In this document: in pieces, positions 20,101-30,083 of the stretch
Layout of the letters: every line of letters starts with the position of its first letter
Numbering within the stretch: position 1 is the stretch's first letter
Assembly: GCA_044450345.1 (NCBI GenBank)
Contig: JBIOIY010000001.1
Location: 96,001 to 160,000, forward strand
DNA: 64,000 nt
Reading direction: 5' to 3'
DNA from: Thermodesulfovibrionales bacterium
Lineage (GTDB): Bacteria; Nitrospirota; Thermodesulfovibrionia; Thermodesulfovibrionales; UBA6898
Notes under the pieces: model-generated
Databases searched by the model: none
What the model was told of the DNA's origin: nothing
The model's input: only the letters and a program-made list of their open reading frames with translations
Program-made: the position numbers and the translations under genes

Positions 20101-20831
20101 GCCGTCTCCTTTTTCCTTTCACCAAAAATGGCCGTACCCACCCTTACAATAGTCGCACCCTCCTGGATCGCAACCTCAAAATCGTGCGACATGCCCATCG
20201 ACAGTTCGATTAAGCTGAATCCCTGGGCAGCGGCCCTGTCCCTTGCCTCTCGCAGTTCACTAAAGAAGGGCCTCACCTTTTCAGAATCATCAAAAAATGG
20301 CGGTATCGTCATAAGCCCTTCGACCCGCAGGTTTTTCATTACAGCCGTTGCATCAAGGATATCCATAAGTTCTTCTTTTAATATTCCATACTTGCTTTCT
20401 TCATCTGAAAGTTTTACTTGAACAAGTATTCCCTGTATTTTTCCAATGTTTCCGGCAAACTTGTTAATCAGACCGGCCAGTTCCAGCGAATCCACGGAGT
20501 GGATGAGGTCAAACAACTCGACCGCAGCCTTCGCCTTGTTCTTCTGTAAGTGACCGATAAGATGCCACCGGACACGGTATCCGAACGGCGCCTCCGGAGA
20601 GTAAAGGTCGATGTCCCGCGCAAACAGTCCGCGTTTTGCAATAAACTCCTGCACCCTGTTCTCGCCGAAATCTCTCATGCCCGCCTCAATCGCTTCCCTC
20701 ACAGCAGAAGCTGACACGTTCTTGCTCACCGCAATCAACTTGACCTCTCCCGGCCCCCTTCCCGCTCTCATCGCGGCATGGGCGATCCTCTTGTAGATAT
20801 TATTTATGTTTTCCGACAGCCTGTTTTTCAT
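20097..20831 (-). CDS. yggS: YggS/PLPBP pyridoxal phosphate homeostasis protein
   Basis: AVSK, FGENRVQE, WHLIGHLQKNK, LSMGMS, VRVGTAIFG; start taken at ATG 20831. Confidence 0.95.
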   Translation of the reverse strand: MKNRLSENINNIYKRIAHAAMRAGRGPGEVKLIAVSKNVSASAVREAIEAGMRDFGENRVQEFIAKRGLFARDIDLYSPEAPFGYRVRWHLIGHLQKNKAKAAVELFDLIHSVDSLELAGLINKFAGNIGKIQGILVQVKLSDEESKYGILKEELMDILDATAVMKNLRVEGLMTIPPFFDDSEKVRPFFSELREARDRAAAQGFSLIELSMGMSHDFEVAIQEGATIVRVGTAIFGERKKETA

Positions 20832-20919
20832 GTTTTTTTTGGAAATATTATAGTAGTATCTCTCCCGTGAAAATTCAATAAATATCCCCGGCAAGTCTTA
20901 TCTCCCCGTCACAAGGATA

Positions 20920-21543
20920 TCACCTCGCCGCCCATGAGATAAACCATCCCCCGAAGGCTATCAGAAAAAAGCCGCAGCCATAAAGCATAAACCTGTATCC
21001 CCTGTCACCGATCATCCTCCTGCCTTTCGATACCGCAAGCGCCAACAGGCTGTACCAGGCAAGGTCGGCAGCGATATGACCGGCGAAGAAGGCAGCAACT
21101 CCCGCGAAGCCATACTTCACTGAGCCGACAAGATAACCAAGGCCTGCAGTCGCCCACCAGATAAGCCAGTAAGGATTTGAGAGACTTCCCACTATGCCCG
21201 ATATGACCGGATGAAGGCCCCTTTCATTCCTCCCGGTCTTCATAACCAACCTCGCCCCGGCAGCATCTTTTATCATCATCCCGCCCATGACAAGAAGGAT
21301 AGCGCCTCCTGTTACGGCGATTGCAATTTTGGCACCCTCTCCCGCGAGAAACGGGGTGACGCCCATCACAAGAAGTAAAACAAGGATCAACTCCAGAATA
21401 CCGTGGCCGAGAATAATCAGAGGACCCGCGATAAAGCCCCTCTTGACCGATTCGCCCACGGTTATCGTAAAAAGAGGTCCCGGCACAAGTGCACCCGAGA
21501 ACGCCACGATAAAGGAGGATAATGCGATAAGCGCCACATTCAT
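20920..21543 (-). CDS. LysE-family translocator
   Basis: SGALVPGP, GHGILE, SNPYWLIWW; six hydrophobic segments. Confidence 0.85.
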   Translation of the reverse strand: MNVALIALSSFIVAFSGALVPGPLFTITVGESVKRGFIAGPLIILGHGILELILVLLLVMGVTPFLAGEGAKIAIAVTGGAILLVMGGMMIKDAAGARLVMKTGRNERGLHPVISGIVGSLSNPYWLIWWATAGLGYLVGSVKYGFAGVAAFFAGHIAADLAWYSLLALAVSKGRRMIGDRGYRFMLYGCGFFLIAFGGWFISWAAR

Positions 21544-23171
21544 ATACCCACCGCCTCTTTATATTCCATCCAGAGTTCTTCCCTGGGGACCCCGATATCG
21601 ATGAAGTCCCAGGGAAGCATCTCTTCCCGGTCTTTATGTCTGAAGATATAGAAATCCCTGTCGATGCCTGCCGCTCCGTTCCTCACATAAAGGTCATTTC
21701 CCGATGCGATCTGCTCGGCAGTCTGCGATACCCGCCTGTCACCCAGTGAGAAGACACCCTGCATGTATGCGTATTTCGGCACGTCATTAAAAACCTTCAC
21801 CCCCTTTACCATTGTAAGCCCCTTTTTCAGGTGCTTCAGCCTTTCCTTCACTTCCTTCAGAGGCGCCATTGGATGCCACTGAAACGGCGTAAAGGGCTTA
21901 GGCACAAAAGTGCTGACGCTGAGCGTAATATAGCCCCTCGCGGTATTCCCGCGTATTTTCTCAACGAGGGTGATTATACCTTCGATATCGGCCATGGTCT
22001 CTGTCGGCAGGCCTATCATAAAGTAGAGCCTCAGGGTCTCTATCCCGCCGTCAAGGATGATCTTCGCCGTCTCGAATATATCTTCATCCCTGATCTTTTT
22101 GTTGACGACGTCCCTGAGCCGCTGGGTACCTGCCTCGGGCGCTATCGAAACACTCTTATGCCCTTTCATCAACCCCACTATCCTGCCGCTCCTCGGGCTC
22201 GCCCTGAGAGATGTGATCGAAAAATGCACTCCCTGGATCTGTAGTATCTCCTCGGCATGAGGATAATCGGAGAGTGATGGACCTATGAGGCCGATCTTAG
22301 ACGTCATTGCGGATGCGTCTTCGATTTCCCGTCTGAGTACTTCGATATCTTTCCTCCTTGCGGGTTTGTATATCCGGCCGGCAACGCAGAACCTGCATGC
22401 CCAGACACAGCCGCGCATCGCCTCAATCAGAAACATGTCGGAGAACTCGGCCTCCGGCGTCGTGATGACCGGCTTCAGCGGCGATTTAGAGATATCGAAG
22501 ACCGTCCTTTTCCGGATGACGGCCGGGGCGTCATGAGTACTTCTTCTCGCCAGTATCCGGCCATCGGCGGCATATTCGACCTTGTAATAGCCGGGCACGT
22601 AAATGCCTTCGACCCCGGCGGCCTTTTCATATAGATCGTCCTTTGATGAAGAGCCCCTAAACACAGAGAGAAATTCCGGGAGCATCTCTTCGGCCTCCCC
22701 GATAAAACAGATATCGAAGAAGTCCGCAAGCGGCTCTGGATTATAGAAGGCGCAGACCCCGCCCATCACAACGACCGGGTGTCCCGCGCTCCTTTCGCCG
22801 GCCTTCGGCGGAATATTAGCCATTGTTAATATCTTCACTATATTCGGGTAATCATTTTCGAAAGAGACTGAAAAGGCCACGATATCGAACCTCGACAACT
22901 GCCTCTTCGATTCAAGCGTAAAGATCTCCGCCCCCGTTCTCAGGTGTTCCTCAATCTCCTCCGGCCCCGGCAGAAAGGCCCTTTCGCATACCACGTCATT
23001 CATGGCGTTCAAAAGTCCGTATATACCTTGAAAGCCCAGGTTCGACATGCCCACCGGATAGGTATTAGGATACACAAGAGCGATATTGATCTTGCCTCCG
23101 GGGTCCTTGAAAACAGTCCCCTTCTCTTTCGAAAGGAGATATTCGGCTCTCTCTAGTAATTTCTTATTCAT
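21540..23171 (-). CDS. B12-binding-domain radical SAM protein
   Basis: YPNTYPVGMSNLG, RGCVWACRFC, APEAG, YFMIGLP, FVPKPFTPFQ. Confidence 0.88.
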   Translation of the reverse strand: MNKKLLERAEYLLSKEKGTVFKDPGGKINIALVYPNTYPVGMSNLGFQGIYGLLNAMNDVVCERAFLPGPEEIEEHLRTGAEIFTLESKRQLSRFDIVAFSVSFENDYPNIVKILTMANIPPKAGERSAGHPVVVMGGVCAFYNPEPLADFFDICFIGEAEEMLPEFLSVFRGSSSKDDLYEKAAGVEGIYVPGYYKVEYAADGRILARRSTHDAPAVIRKRTVFDISKSPLKPVITTPEAEFSDMFLIEAMRGCVWACRFCVAGRIYKPARRKDIEVLRREIEDASAMTSKIGLIGPSLSDYPHAEEILQIQGVHFSITSLRASPRSGRIVGLMKGHKSVSIAPEAGTQRLRDVVNKKIRDEDIFETAKIILDGGIETLRLYFMIGLPTETMADIEGIITLVEKIRGNTARGYITLSVSTFVPKPFTPFQWHPMAPLKEVKERLKHLKKGLTMVKGVKVFNDVPKYAYMQGVFSLGDRRVSQTAEQIASGNDLYVRNGAAGIDRDFYIFRHKDREEMLPWDFIDIGVPREELWMEYKEAVGI

Positions 23172-23302
23172 AGGGAAATAAACGCTCCATACTATTATAC
23201 TTTTTTATTTCCCGCGGTGACAGTCTCGCATGAGACTTCAGCAATACAAAGCAAGGGAGGGCATGTCCTTTCATTTGTTCTGCCGGCATGGTAAAATTTC
23301 GC

Positions 23303-23746
23303 ATGAAAATCGTTGCTCAGAACCGCAAGGCATTCCACGACTATTCGATAGAGGAAACAATCGAGGCGGGCATTGTCCTGACCGGGACCGAGGTAAAATC
23401 TTTAAGGGAGGGCAAGGCGAATCTGAAGGACAGCTACGTCTTAATAAAGGATGAGGAAGTCTTGCTTCTCAATTGCCATATCAGCCCTTACACCCACGGA
23501 AACATCATGAACCACGACCCTGTGCGCACACGAAAACTCCTGCTCCACAAAAAGGAGATCGCACGGATCCAGGCAAAGGCGCTGCAAAAGGGATATTCCC
23601 TCATTCCGCTCAAGATCTACTTCAAGGAATCCCGGGCCAAAGTGGAGATAGGCCTCGCCAGGGGGAAGAAGATGTACGAGAAGAGAGACACGATCAAAAA
23701 GAGAGAGGCGGACAGGGAGATAGAGCGGGCGATGAAGAGCCGTTAA
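23303..23746 (+). CDS. smpB: SsrA-binding protein
   Basis: [38 protein letters not shown]; adjacent to tmRNA. Confidence 0.98.
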   Translation: MKIVAQNRKAFHDYSIEETIEAGIVLTGTEVKSLREGKANLKDSYVLIKDEEVLLLNCHISPYTHGNIMNHDPVRTRKLLLHKKEIARIQAKALQKGYSLIPLKIYFKESRAKVEIGLARGKKMYEKRDTIKKREADREIERAMKSR

Positions 23747-23754
23747 CACTCCTC

Positions 23755-23918
23755 AGTGACAGATGCAGCACGGATCTGTCCCTTCGCTCATTCCCTGCCT
23801 GCCGGCAGGCAGGTCGTCCCGATGAATCGGGACTCCGAGGCAATTTCTCGCCACGCCTACGGCTCTACAAAACGAGAAATTGAAGCCGCTCAGACACAGC
23901 TCCATGCTGCATGTTATT
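23755..23918. repeat. Long imperfect palindrome with two nested REP-like palindromes
   Basis: Outer ATGCAGCA/TGCTGCAT, inner CAATTTCTCG/CGAGAAATTG; nested CCTGCCTGCCGGCAGGCAGG (23794-23813) and GTCCCGATGAATCGGGAC (23816-23833). Confidence 0.65.
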
Positions 23919-24019
23919 GATGCCATGGACAAAGAAGCTCCAGTAAGGTTAACAGCCCCTCAAAGTTATTCCCTGTTTTTGTTAAGTGCGGTGCTTGTGG
24001 TAAACTATATGTATAGAAA

Positions 24020-24365
<346 letters not shown>

Positions 24366-24369
24366 ATTA

Positions 24370-24400
24370 AGCCTTTGGCAACAAAGGCTGTTCTTTTTTT
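24370..24400 (+). terminator. Intrinsic terminator after ssrA
   Basis: AGCCTTTG-GCAA-CAAAGGCT then T tract. Confidence 0.8.
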
Positions 24401-24506
24401 ATGTGAAGTAGACTGTCCCGGCCTATCCTATCGATGGAATTCCGTTTTTGCCGTCGACCTGCGACGTTGAAGAAATTATCTCGCCGTTTAAATGCTATAA
24501 TGGGAT

Positions 24507-24728
24507 ATGGGTAAAGCAGATAAACTGAAGGCCACATTCTGTTTCAGCCGTTTGCCTGACGGCAACGTAATCGGCGAGATCATTGACGAAGCGGGCGTCA
24601 TCGTGGATTCTAAAAACTTCGGTGTGATGTCGGTGGTGGAATTCGAGGGGGTCCTCGACCTTGCAAATCAGGAATACCCGATGCTTGCAGGCAAGATATT
24701 ACCGACAGTCGAGTTGACGTGGAGCTGA
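24507..24728 (+). CDS. Small hypothetical protein (73 aa)
   Basis: ATG ORF with protein-like composition; TGCTATAAT extended -10 just upstream; no family recognised. Confidence 0.45.
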   Translation: MGKADKLKATFCFSRLPDGNVIGEIIDEAGVIVDSKNFGVMSVVEFEGVLDLANQEYPMLAGKILPTVELTWS

Positions 24729-25165
24729 ACTACCCCTCTTCTGACCCTGACCCCCCGGCAGCCCCTGGAGGCGACCGCCGCGGCAATGGCGAGGATTATG
24801 ACTGCAACGAATATACTTTTTATACTTAGCATCGGGGACTTCATGAATAATGATTATACCCGAAGATGTAACTTTCGATCCGAATTTGTTCAGCGCTTCT
24901 TTCTTCCTCCGCAACAGCTTAGATCATTGATTCCTGTTTAATTCCCCTCAACTGCGCAAAATGGCGAGGACTCTTTCGACGCGGTGTATTCCCTATAACG
25001 AGTGTGCGCAACGATGCCATCAAAATTACGGCTTACCTTCGGAAACAGTTACCGCGATTCTGCAAGGTGAGGGAAACGCTCGACGCGTAAAAAAAATTTA
25101 TTACGCGTCGGGACCGGGCATTGCTGAAGCCATTCAACATTCCTTATCTGAGTCTGAAAAGGTCT

Positions 25166-26110
25166 CTATTCCCTGGCGGCGACTTCCACTCTGTTCTTAC
25201 CCTTCCTTTTTGCCTCATACAGGGCGGTGTCGGCGTCTTTGAACAATTTTTCGTATGTACTTGAGGAAGCACCGGAAAAAGCAAGGCCGATGCTTACAGT
25301 TATACGCCTCTCCGGTATCTGCGCGAATTTGTGACTCGAAACCTTTGCCAGTATCCTTTCTGCGACCATTATTCCATGATCTGGGGACGCATGAGGAAGA
25401 ATGGCGATAAACTCCTCACCGCCCCATCTCGCGACAGTATCTGTTTCCCTTTGATTCCTCTCCAGTATTCGTGCAACCTCCACCAGCGCCGAATCGCCTG
25501 CACTGTGGCCGTATATATCATTGACCGCCTTGAAATCGTCCATGTCCATTAAAAGGCACGTGATGGATTGTCCATATCTTTTCATCTTTTTCCATTCTGC
25601 CTCAATCACCGTCTCAAGATGTCTTCTGTTGAAAAGCCCCGTCAGGGGATCGGTAATGGAGAGGGTTTCCACCTTCGATAGTAGTTGACTCAGCTGTCGG
25701 TTCTTCTCTCTTAGCTCATCCTGGAGCGCCGTGGTCCTCAATGCGGCATAAATTCTCATATTGAGCTCAGTTTCGTTGTAAGGCTTCGGAAGATAGTCGT
25801 CGGCTCCTGCCTCAATGCCCAAAACCTTGTCGTCAATAGTGCCCCTGGCGGTAAGCATGATTACGGGGATGCCTTTTGTGTCGTCGTTCGCCTTTATCCA
25901 GCGGCAGACCGCCAAGCCGCTCATATCAGGGAGGAGAAGATCCAGTAGAACTATATGCGGAGAAGCAGTCTTAACAGCCTTTATTGCCGACGCGCCGTCT
26001 TGCGCCAAGATTACCTCATACCCGTTCTTTTCAAGGCCTCCCGTGGTAATCTTTGCCTGTGCCCGGCTGTCTTCAACAAGAAGGATTCTTGCCTTTAGCA
26101 CGTTACCCAT
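25166..26110 (-). CDS. Response regulator-diguanylate cyclase (REC-GGDEF)
   Basis: REC (VED, LLDLLLP, KP); DPLTGLFNRR, RETD I-site, RWGGEEF; start taken at ATG 26110. Confidence 0.95.
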   Translation of the reverse strand: MGNVLKARILLVEDSRAQAKITTGGLEKNGYEVILAQDGASAIKAVKTASPHIVLLDLLLPDMSGLAVCRWIKANDDTKGIPVIMLTARGTIDDKVLGIEAGADDYLPKPYNETELNMRIYAALRTTALQDELREKNRQLSQLLSKVETLSITDPLTGLFNRRHLETVIEAEWKKMKRYGQSITCLLMDMDDFKAVNDIYGHSAGDSALVEVARILERNQRETDTVARWGGEEFIAILPHASPDHGIMVAERILAKVSSHKFAQIPERRITVSIGLAFSGASSSTYEKLFKDADTALYEAKRKGKNRVEVAARE

Positions 26111-26224
26111 CTGAAAATTATAACAGATTCCATCTGGCTTTAGTGCCAGTTCCTGAGGCCACGGAAAGCTACATCCCCGTCCTATCATAAGCAGTTTCTT
26201 TTGCACGGGTCGAGCCGTTGATCA

Positions 26225-26761
26225 TTGCGGAAAAAGATGTTACTATTTTTTATACTGGATCTTTTCATGTTGACCACCTTTTTACCCAGATGCCGCAGAG
26301 ACGGGGATATCACTCTCAGGCCGCTTAGGATATCGGATGGACGATCTCTTTCCAGGATCCTGGAGCAGGAAGATATACTGAAATCGGGCGGCCGCAAGAG
26401 GCTACGCAGGACTCATTGGATATTCTTTTACTTCTGGCTTCGAAGGACGTTCTTTGCCGCCTATTGCATTGAACATCAGGCGGAGAAGATAGGATTTGTC
26501 GGGCTTCATAATTTAGTGCCCGGCGAGTCTGCGGAGATTTCTCTCGTCCTATTCGATCCCGCCGACAGGAGGAGAGGGTATGGCACCCGCGCGTTTAAGC
26601 TCTTGTGCGAAAACTCATTCACGATCTCGTTCGCAGATACGCTTATCGCAAAAGTCAGAAATGATAATGGGCCGGCGCGCTCGTTCTGGACGAGTCTTGG
26701 ATTTGTGACCCTTAGGAGCGACGGAGACGTGATGGTGATGGAGCTCAGAGGAGGCAAATAA
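26225..26761 (+). CDS. GNAT-family acetyltransferase (RimJ/RimL-like)
   Basis: ITLRPL, KIGFVGL, RRRGYG, N..ARSFWTSLGF; start uncertain. Confidence 0.8.
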   Translation: MRKKMLLFFILDLFMLTTFLPRCRRDGDITLRPLRISDGRSLSRILEQEDILKSGGRKRLRRTHWIFFYFWLRRTFFAAYCIEHQAEKIGFVGLHNLVPGESAEISLVLFDPADRRRGYGTRAFKLLCENSFTISFADTLIAKVRNDNGPARSFWTSLGFVTLRSDGDVMVMELRGGK

Positions 26762-26869
26762 CTCCCCCAGGCGCCATGCCGGCCGGCAGGCATGGCGCCT
26801 CTCCCCCTCTTTCCGCACTCAGGCGGATTCGCCGAGGTGAAAAGATAAGAGGGGGTTAAGGGGAGTTAT
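26758..26869. repeat. REP/MITE-like element with nested palindromes
   Basis: 10-bp inverted ends ATAACTCCCC/GGGGAGTTAT; core CCCCCTCTT..AAGAGGGGG shared with copies near 36990, 57523 and 58160. Confidence 0.75.
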
Positions 26870-26932
26870 GATTTCCGAAGGGGGACTACCAGTTTGCATA
26901 TCTCCGGCTTCTTGTTTTACGCTGTATACGTC

Positions 26933-27892
26933 ATGGAAACGAATGCCCATACCGTCGGCGAATTCAGAATCAATGACGAAAATGCGGGTAAAAGGATCGA
27001 CATACTTTCGTCTGAATTGTCGGGATTGTCGCGTTCCAGGATACACCATCTCATAGAGAAAGGTCTCCTCACCGTCAATACGCAAAGAACAAAGCCGAAT
27101 TACAAGGCCAAACCTGGTGATATGATCTTACTTCACTTTCCCGTTGAGGAACAGAAACTCATAAAAGAGGACCTGCCAGTCGAAATCCTTTTTAAGGATG
27201 ATTTTCTCATAGTTGTCGAAAAGCCCGCAGGCTTGGTCGTCTATCCCGCCGCCGGCCACCCCACCGGTACGCTCATGAATGCCGTAGCATATCACAGCCC
27301 TACCCTTGCATCTGTCGGCGCACCGCTGAGGCCCGGCGTTGTTCACCGCCTCGACAAGGACACCTCCGGAGTTATGGTCGTTGCGCTCGACGACGGCGCT
27401 TACTACGGACTTGTCGAACAATTCAGGGAGCGGACGATCGACAGGAGATACAAGGCCCTTATTTACGGGAACCTACGGGAAGATCGCGGACAAATTTCCC
27501 TCCGGATAGGAAGATCGGGGTCCGACAGGAAAAAGATGTCTACGCGGGTAAAAAGAGGCAAGGAAGCGGTCACCACCTGGAATGTGGTCGAGCGGTTCGG
27601 TGTTGCCACTCTGATCGAGGCGAAATTGGGGACCGGCAGGACGCATCAGATACGGGTGCATTTCGCATCCATTGGACATCCGGTCCTCGGAGATCTGACC
27701 TACGGCAAAAAAACCCAGGTTGAGGCCTGCAGGAAGACGATAGTCTTCCCCCGGCAGATGCTTCACGCAGAATTACTCGGGTTCACTCACCCGGTGAACA
27801 GTCGATATATGAAGTTCAGAAGAGACCTGCCGGAAGATATGCGGCTAATAATCGAAGCGCTTAGAGAATTGAAGCCTGCTCAGGTCAGCTAG
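26933..27892 (+). CDS. rluD: RluA/RluD-family pseudouridine synthase
   Basis: S4 domain, KPAGLVV, RPGVVHRLDKDTSG, TGRTHQIRVH, QMLHA. Confidence 0.92.
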   Translation: METNAHTVGEFRINDENAGKRIDILSSELSGLSRSRIHHLIEKGLLTVNTQRTKPNYKAKPGDMILLHFPVEEQKLIKEDLPVEILFKDDFLIVVEKPAGLVVYPAAGHPTGTLMNAVAYHSPTLASVGAPLRPGVVHRLDKDTSGVMVVALDDGAYYGLVEQFRERTIDRRYKALIYGNLREDRGQISLRIGRSGSDRKKMSTRVKRGKEAVTTWNVVERFGVATLIEAKLGTGRTHQIRVHFASIGHPVLGDLTYGKKTQVEACRKTIVFPRQMLHAELLGFTHPVNSRYMKFRRDLPEDMRLIIEALRELKPAQVS

Positions 27893-27972
27893 TTCACGCA
27901 TGGACAGAGACCCTTTGGAAGATGTCCCTGCAATATTCTATTTTGAAGCATTTTCCCGGTCATTATTTTTTT

Positions 27973-28587
27973 TTAGAGAACCCGAAAAAGATTATCGTGC
28001 CTTATAATGTCGTCGATTCTGTCCACATCCGACAATGTCTTTACAGTCGAATAACTCAGCCCCATCCTTTCGATTATACGGACGGTTTCGTCAAAGACCT
28101 TCCCTGTCGACCATGAAATACCCTGAAAAATTTCCGGATATTCGGTCTTCATCCCGATAAGATAGTATCCTCCGTCCTCTGCAGGCCCTATCACCACATC
28201 GGCATTCTCCAACTTAAGAAAAGCGTCGCTGATAATAGTTCTGTTCAGGTCCGGGATGTCCACGCCGGTAATGACCGCTTTTGACGCTCCCCGATCAAGC
28301 AGGTCTTGCAACGCATTTCCCATAATTTCCCCGATGTCTCTTCCCCTTTGAGGAAGCAATCCCTCGCCGGGTATCCAGGATTCAAAAAGGCCCTCGTCTC
28401 CTGGAGGGGAATAGAAAATCATCCTCCCGAAACCCGCATCTCTATCCGGAGAGGTATCCCGGAAGACGCGCTCTGCAATGATTTTGTAAACTCTTGCCGC
28501 GCCCTCACCGCCAATGTGCCGTGCAAGGCGCGTCTTTACCTTTCCCGCTTCGGGGTACTTGGCTAGGAGGCCGAAGAGATTCTTCAT
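27973..28587 (-). CDS. TIGR04282-type (DUF2064) glycosyltransferase-like protein
   Basis: AKYPEAGKVKTRL, QRGRDIG, GVDIP, GPAEDGGYYLIG, DVD; start at 28587 coupled to upstream stop. Confidence 0.88.
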   Translation of the reverse strand: MKNLFGLLAKYPEAGKVKTRLARHIGGEGAARVYKIIAERVFRDTSPDRDAGFGRMIFYSPPGDEGLFESWIPGEGLLPQRGRDIGEIMGNALQDLLDRGASKAVITGVDIPDLNRTIISDAFLKLENADVVIGPAEDGGYYLIGMKTEYPEIFQGISWSTGKVFDETVRIIERMGLSYSTVKTLSDVDRIDDIIRHDNLFRVL

Positions 28588-29261
28588 CACCGGTAATAGA
28601 GCCTCGCCAGTGTATGCGGGTCTATCCCCATTTTGTACATAAGCATCACCAGCTGGTTCAAAACAGACGCCCGCATCCAGCCCTTCCTGACCCATCTGCG
28701 GTCGTGGGTAACGGCACACTTCTTCAGGAGTCCCAGCCTCCCCTCCTTTTTCAGCCCGCCGATGATCTCCACATCTTCCATCAGCGGAATGTCCCGGTAT
28801 CCGCCTATCTTTTCGAAAATGCCCCTGCGGACATATATACCCTGGTCGCCATAAGGGAGACTGAAGAGGGTGCACCTGAGTTTCACCCACAACTCAATAA
28901 GCCTGTATCGCATGGCAGGGTTGTCTATCTTAAAAGTAAATGCGCCGCCGACAATTGATTCATCGGCCAGCGCAGAGAGCAGCTCTCGTGACCACCCTCT
29001 CTCCAGCTTTGTATCTGCGTGGAGGAATAGAAGTACCTCTCCCTTGGCAACTGCTGCGCCCTTGTTCATTTGAGAGCCCCTGCCCTTTCCCGTCTCCATC
29101 AAGATCACATCGTCGTATTCTCTTACAATTTGGACGGTCGCGTCCGAACTCCCCCCGTCGCAGACGATTATCTCAAGATCTCCATCACCGGCCTTGACGC
29201 ATTCGATGCACCCCTGAATATTCTCGGCCTCGTTGAGGGTCGGGATAATGACCGATATCAT
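28587..29261 (-). CDS. TIGR04283-type GT2 glycosyltransferase
   Basis: SVIIPTLNE, DGGSSDAT, GRGSQMNKGA, FLHADT, YGDQG, PLMED. Confidence 0.9.
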   Translation of the reverse strand: MISVIIPTLNEAENIQGCIECVKAGDGDLEIIVCDGGSSDATVQIVREYDDVILMETGKGRGSQMNKGAAVAKGEVLLFLHADTKLERGWSRELLSALADESIVGGAFTFKIDNPAMRYRLIELWVKLRCTLFSLPYGDQGIYVRRGIFEKIGGYRDIPLMEDVEIIGGLKKEGRLGLLKKCAVTHDRRWVRKGWMRASVLNQLVMLMYKMGIDPHTLARLYYR

Positions 29262-30049
29262 CTGGCAGGCCGCCCAAGCGGCATTAAAAGCAAATGATTG
29301 ATAAGAAGCGCTTTAGGATCGCGATATGCACCGAGACCGATAACAATCTTCTCCTGGTCGACTTCTTTGAGAAGTGTGCCGAATATTCTGTCCCAAAGCG
29401 AAAAGATAGTCCCGTAATTCGTATTTCGCTCCCTGATAACAACCGAATGGTGGATGCGGTGCATCGCAGGGGGGACAAAGAGAAGCCAATAAATGCGCCC
29501 GAACCCTGCGGGTACCTTCACACTGCTGTGTTGAAATTGGGCCGCAAAGACCAGGAGGCACTCGAAGACGATGACCCCGAGGATTTCAGCACCAAGGAAA
29601 TAGATCAGCGCAATTTTGACCGCGGATGACATCATGATCTCACCTGTATGAAAACGCGACGCGGTAGATACATCCATATTGAGATCGCTATGGTGGACCT
29701 GGTGAAAGCGCCACAACAAGGGCATCTCATGGTTAAGCAGGTGCCAGATATAAAGGACAAAATCCATAACCACTACCGTAACAAGCAGCCTGCCCCAATA
29801 GGGGATGGCGAGCATGTTCAGCAACCCGAAACGCGCCTCGTTTACATAGAAGACGGCCTTCATCGTCAAAGCCCTGAAAAGCAGAGTCACGATGACGCCG
29901 TTCAATAACGCAATCGCCAGATTGATGGCGACACGCCTCACTTTTGAGACAGTATTAGGTCGATACGGCATCAGGAGTTCGAGTGATAAAAATAATACGA
30001 AGCCACCCCAAAAAACCGCTGTCCTGACAAAGAGTTCATCCCCAGGCAC
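29258..30049 (-). CDS. Sterol desaturase / fatty acid hydroxylase family protein
   Basis: His boxes YIWH..H, FHQVHHSD, FQHS, HRIHHS, NYG; GTG at 30049 is a likely start. Confidence 0.88.
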   Translation of the reverse strand: MPGDELFVRTAVFWGGFVLFLSLELLMPYRPNTVSKVRRVAINLAIALLNGVIVTLLFRALTMKAVFYVNEARFGLLNMLAIPYWGRLLVTVVVMDFVLYIWHLLNHEMPLLWRFHQVHHSDLNMDVSTASRFHTGEIMMSSAVKIALIYFLGAEILGVIVFECLLVFAAQFQHSSVKVPAGFGRIYWLLFVPPAMHRIHHSVVIRERNTNYGTIFSLWDRIFGTLLKEVDQEKIVIGLGAYRDPKALLINHLLLMPLGRPAR

Positions 30050-30083
30050 TGCCTTCAGGGCCCCGTCGCGTGCTTCATTTTTC

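Noticed and set aside
20560..20640. Short insertion in yggS as a possible in-frame repeat
   Set aside because: Matches none of the repeat families here; likely a variable loop.
25081..25110. Hairpin CGACGCGTAA/TTACGCGTCG
   Set aside because: Single copy without a U tract; function cannot be assigned.
28591..28890. N-terminal extension of ORF 27973-28890
   Set aside because: Overlaps the GT2 gene; family motifs begin at MKNLF (28587).
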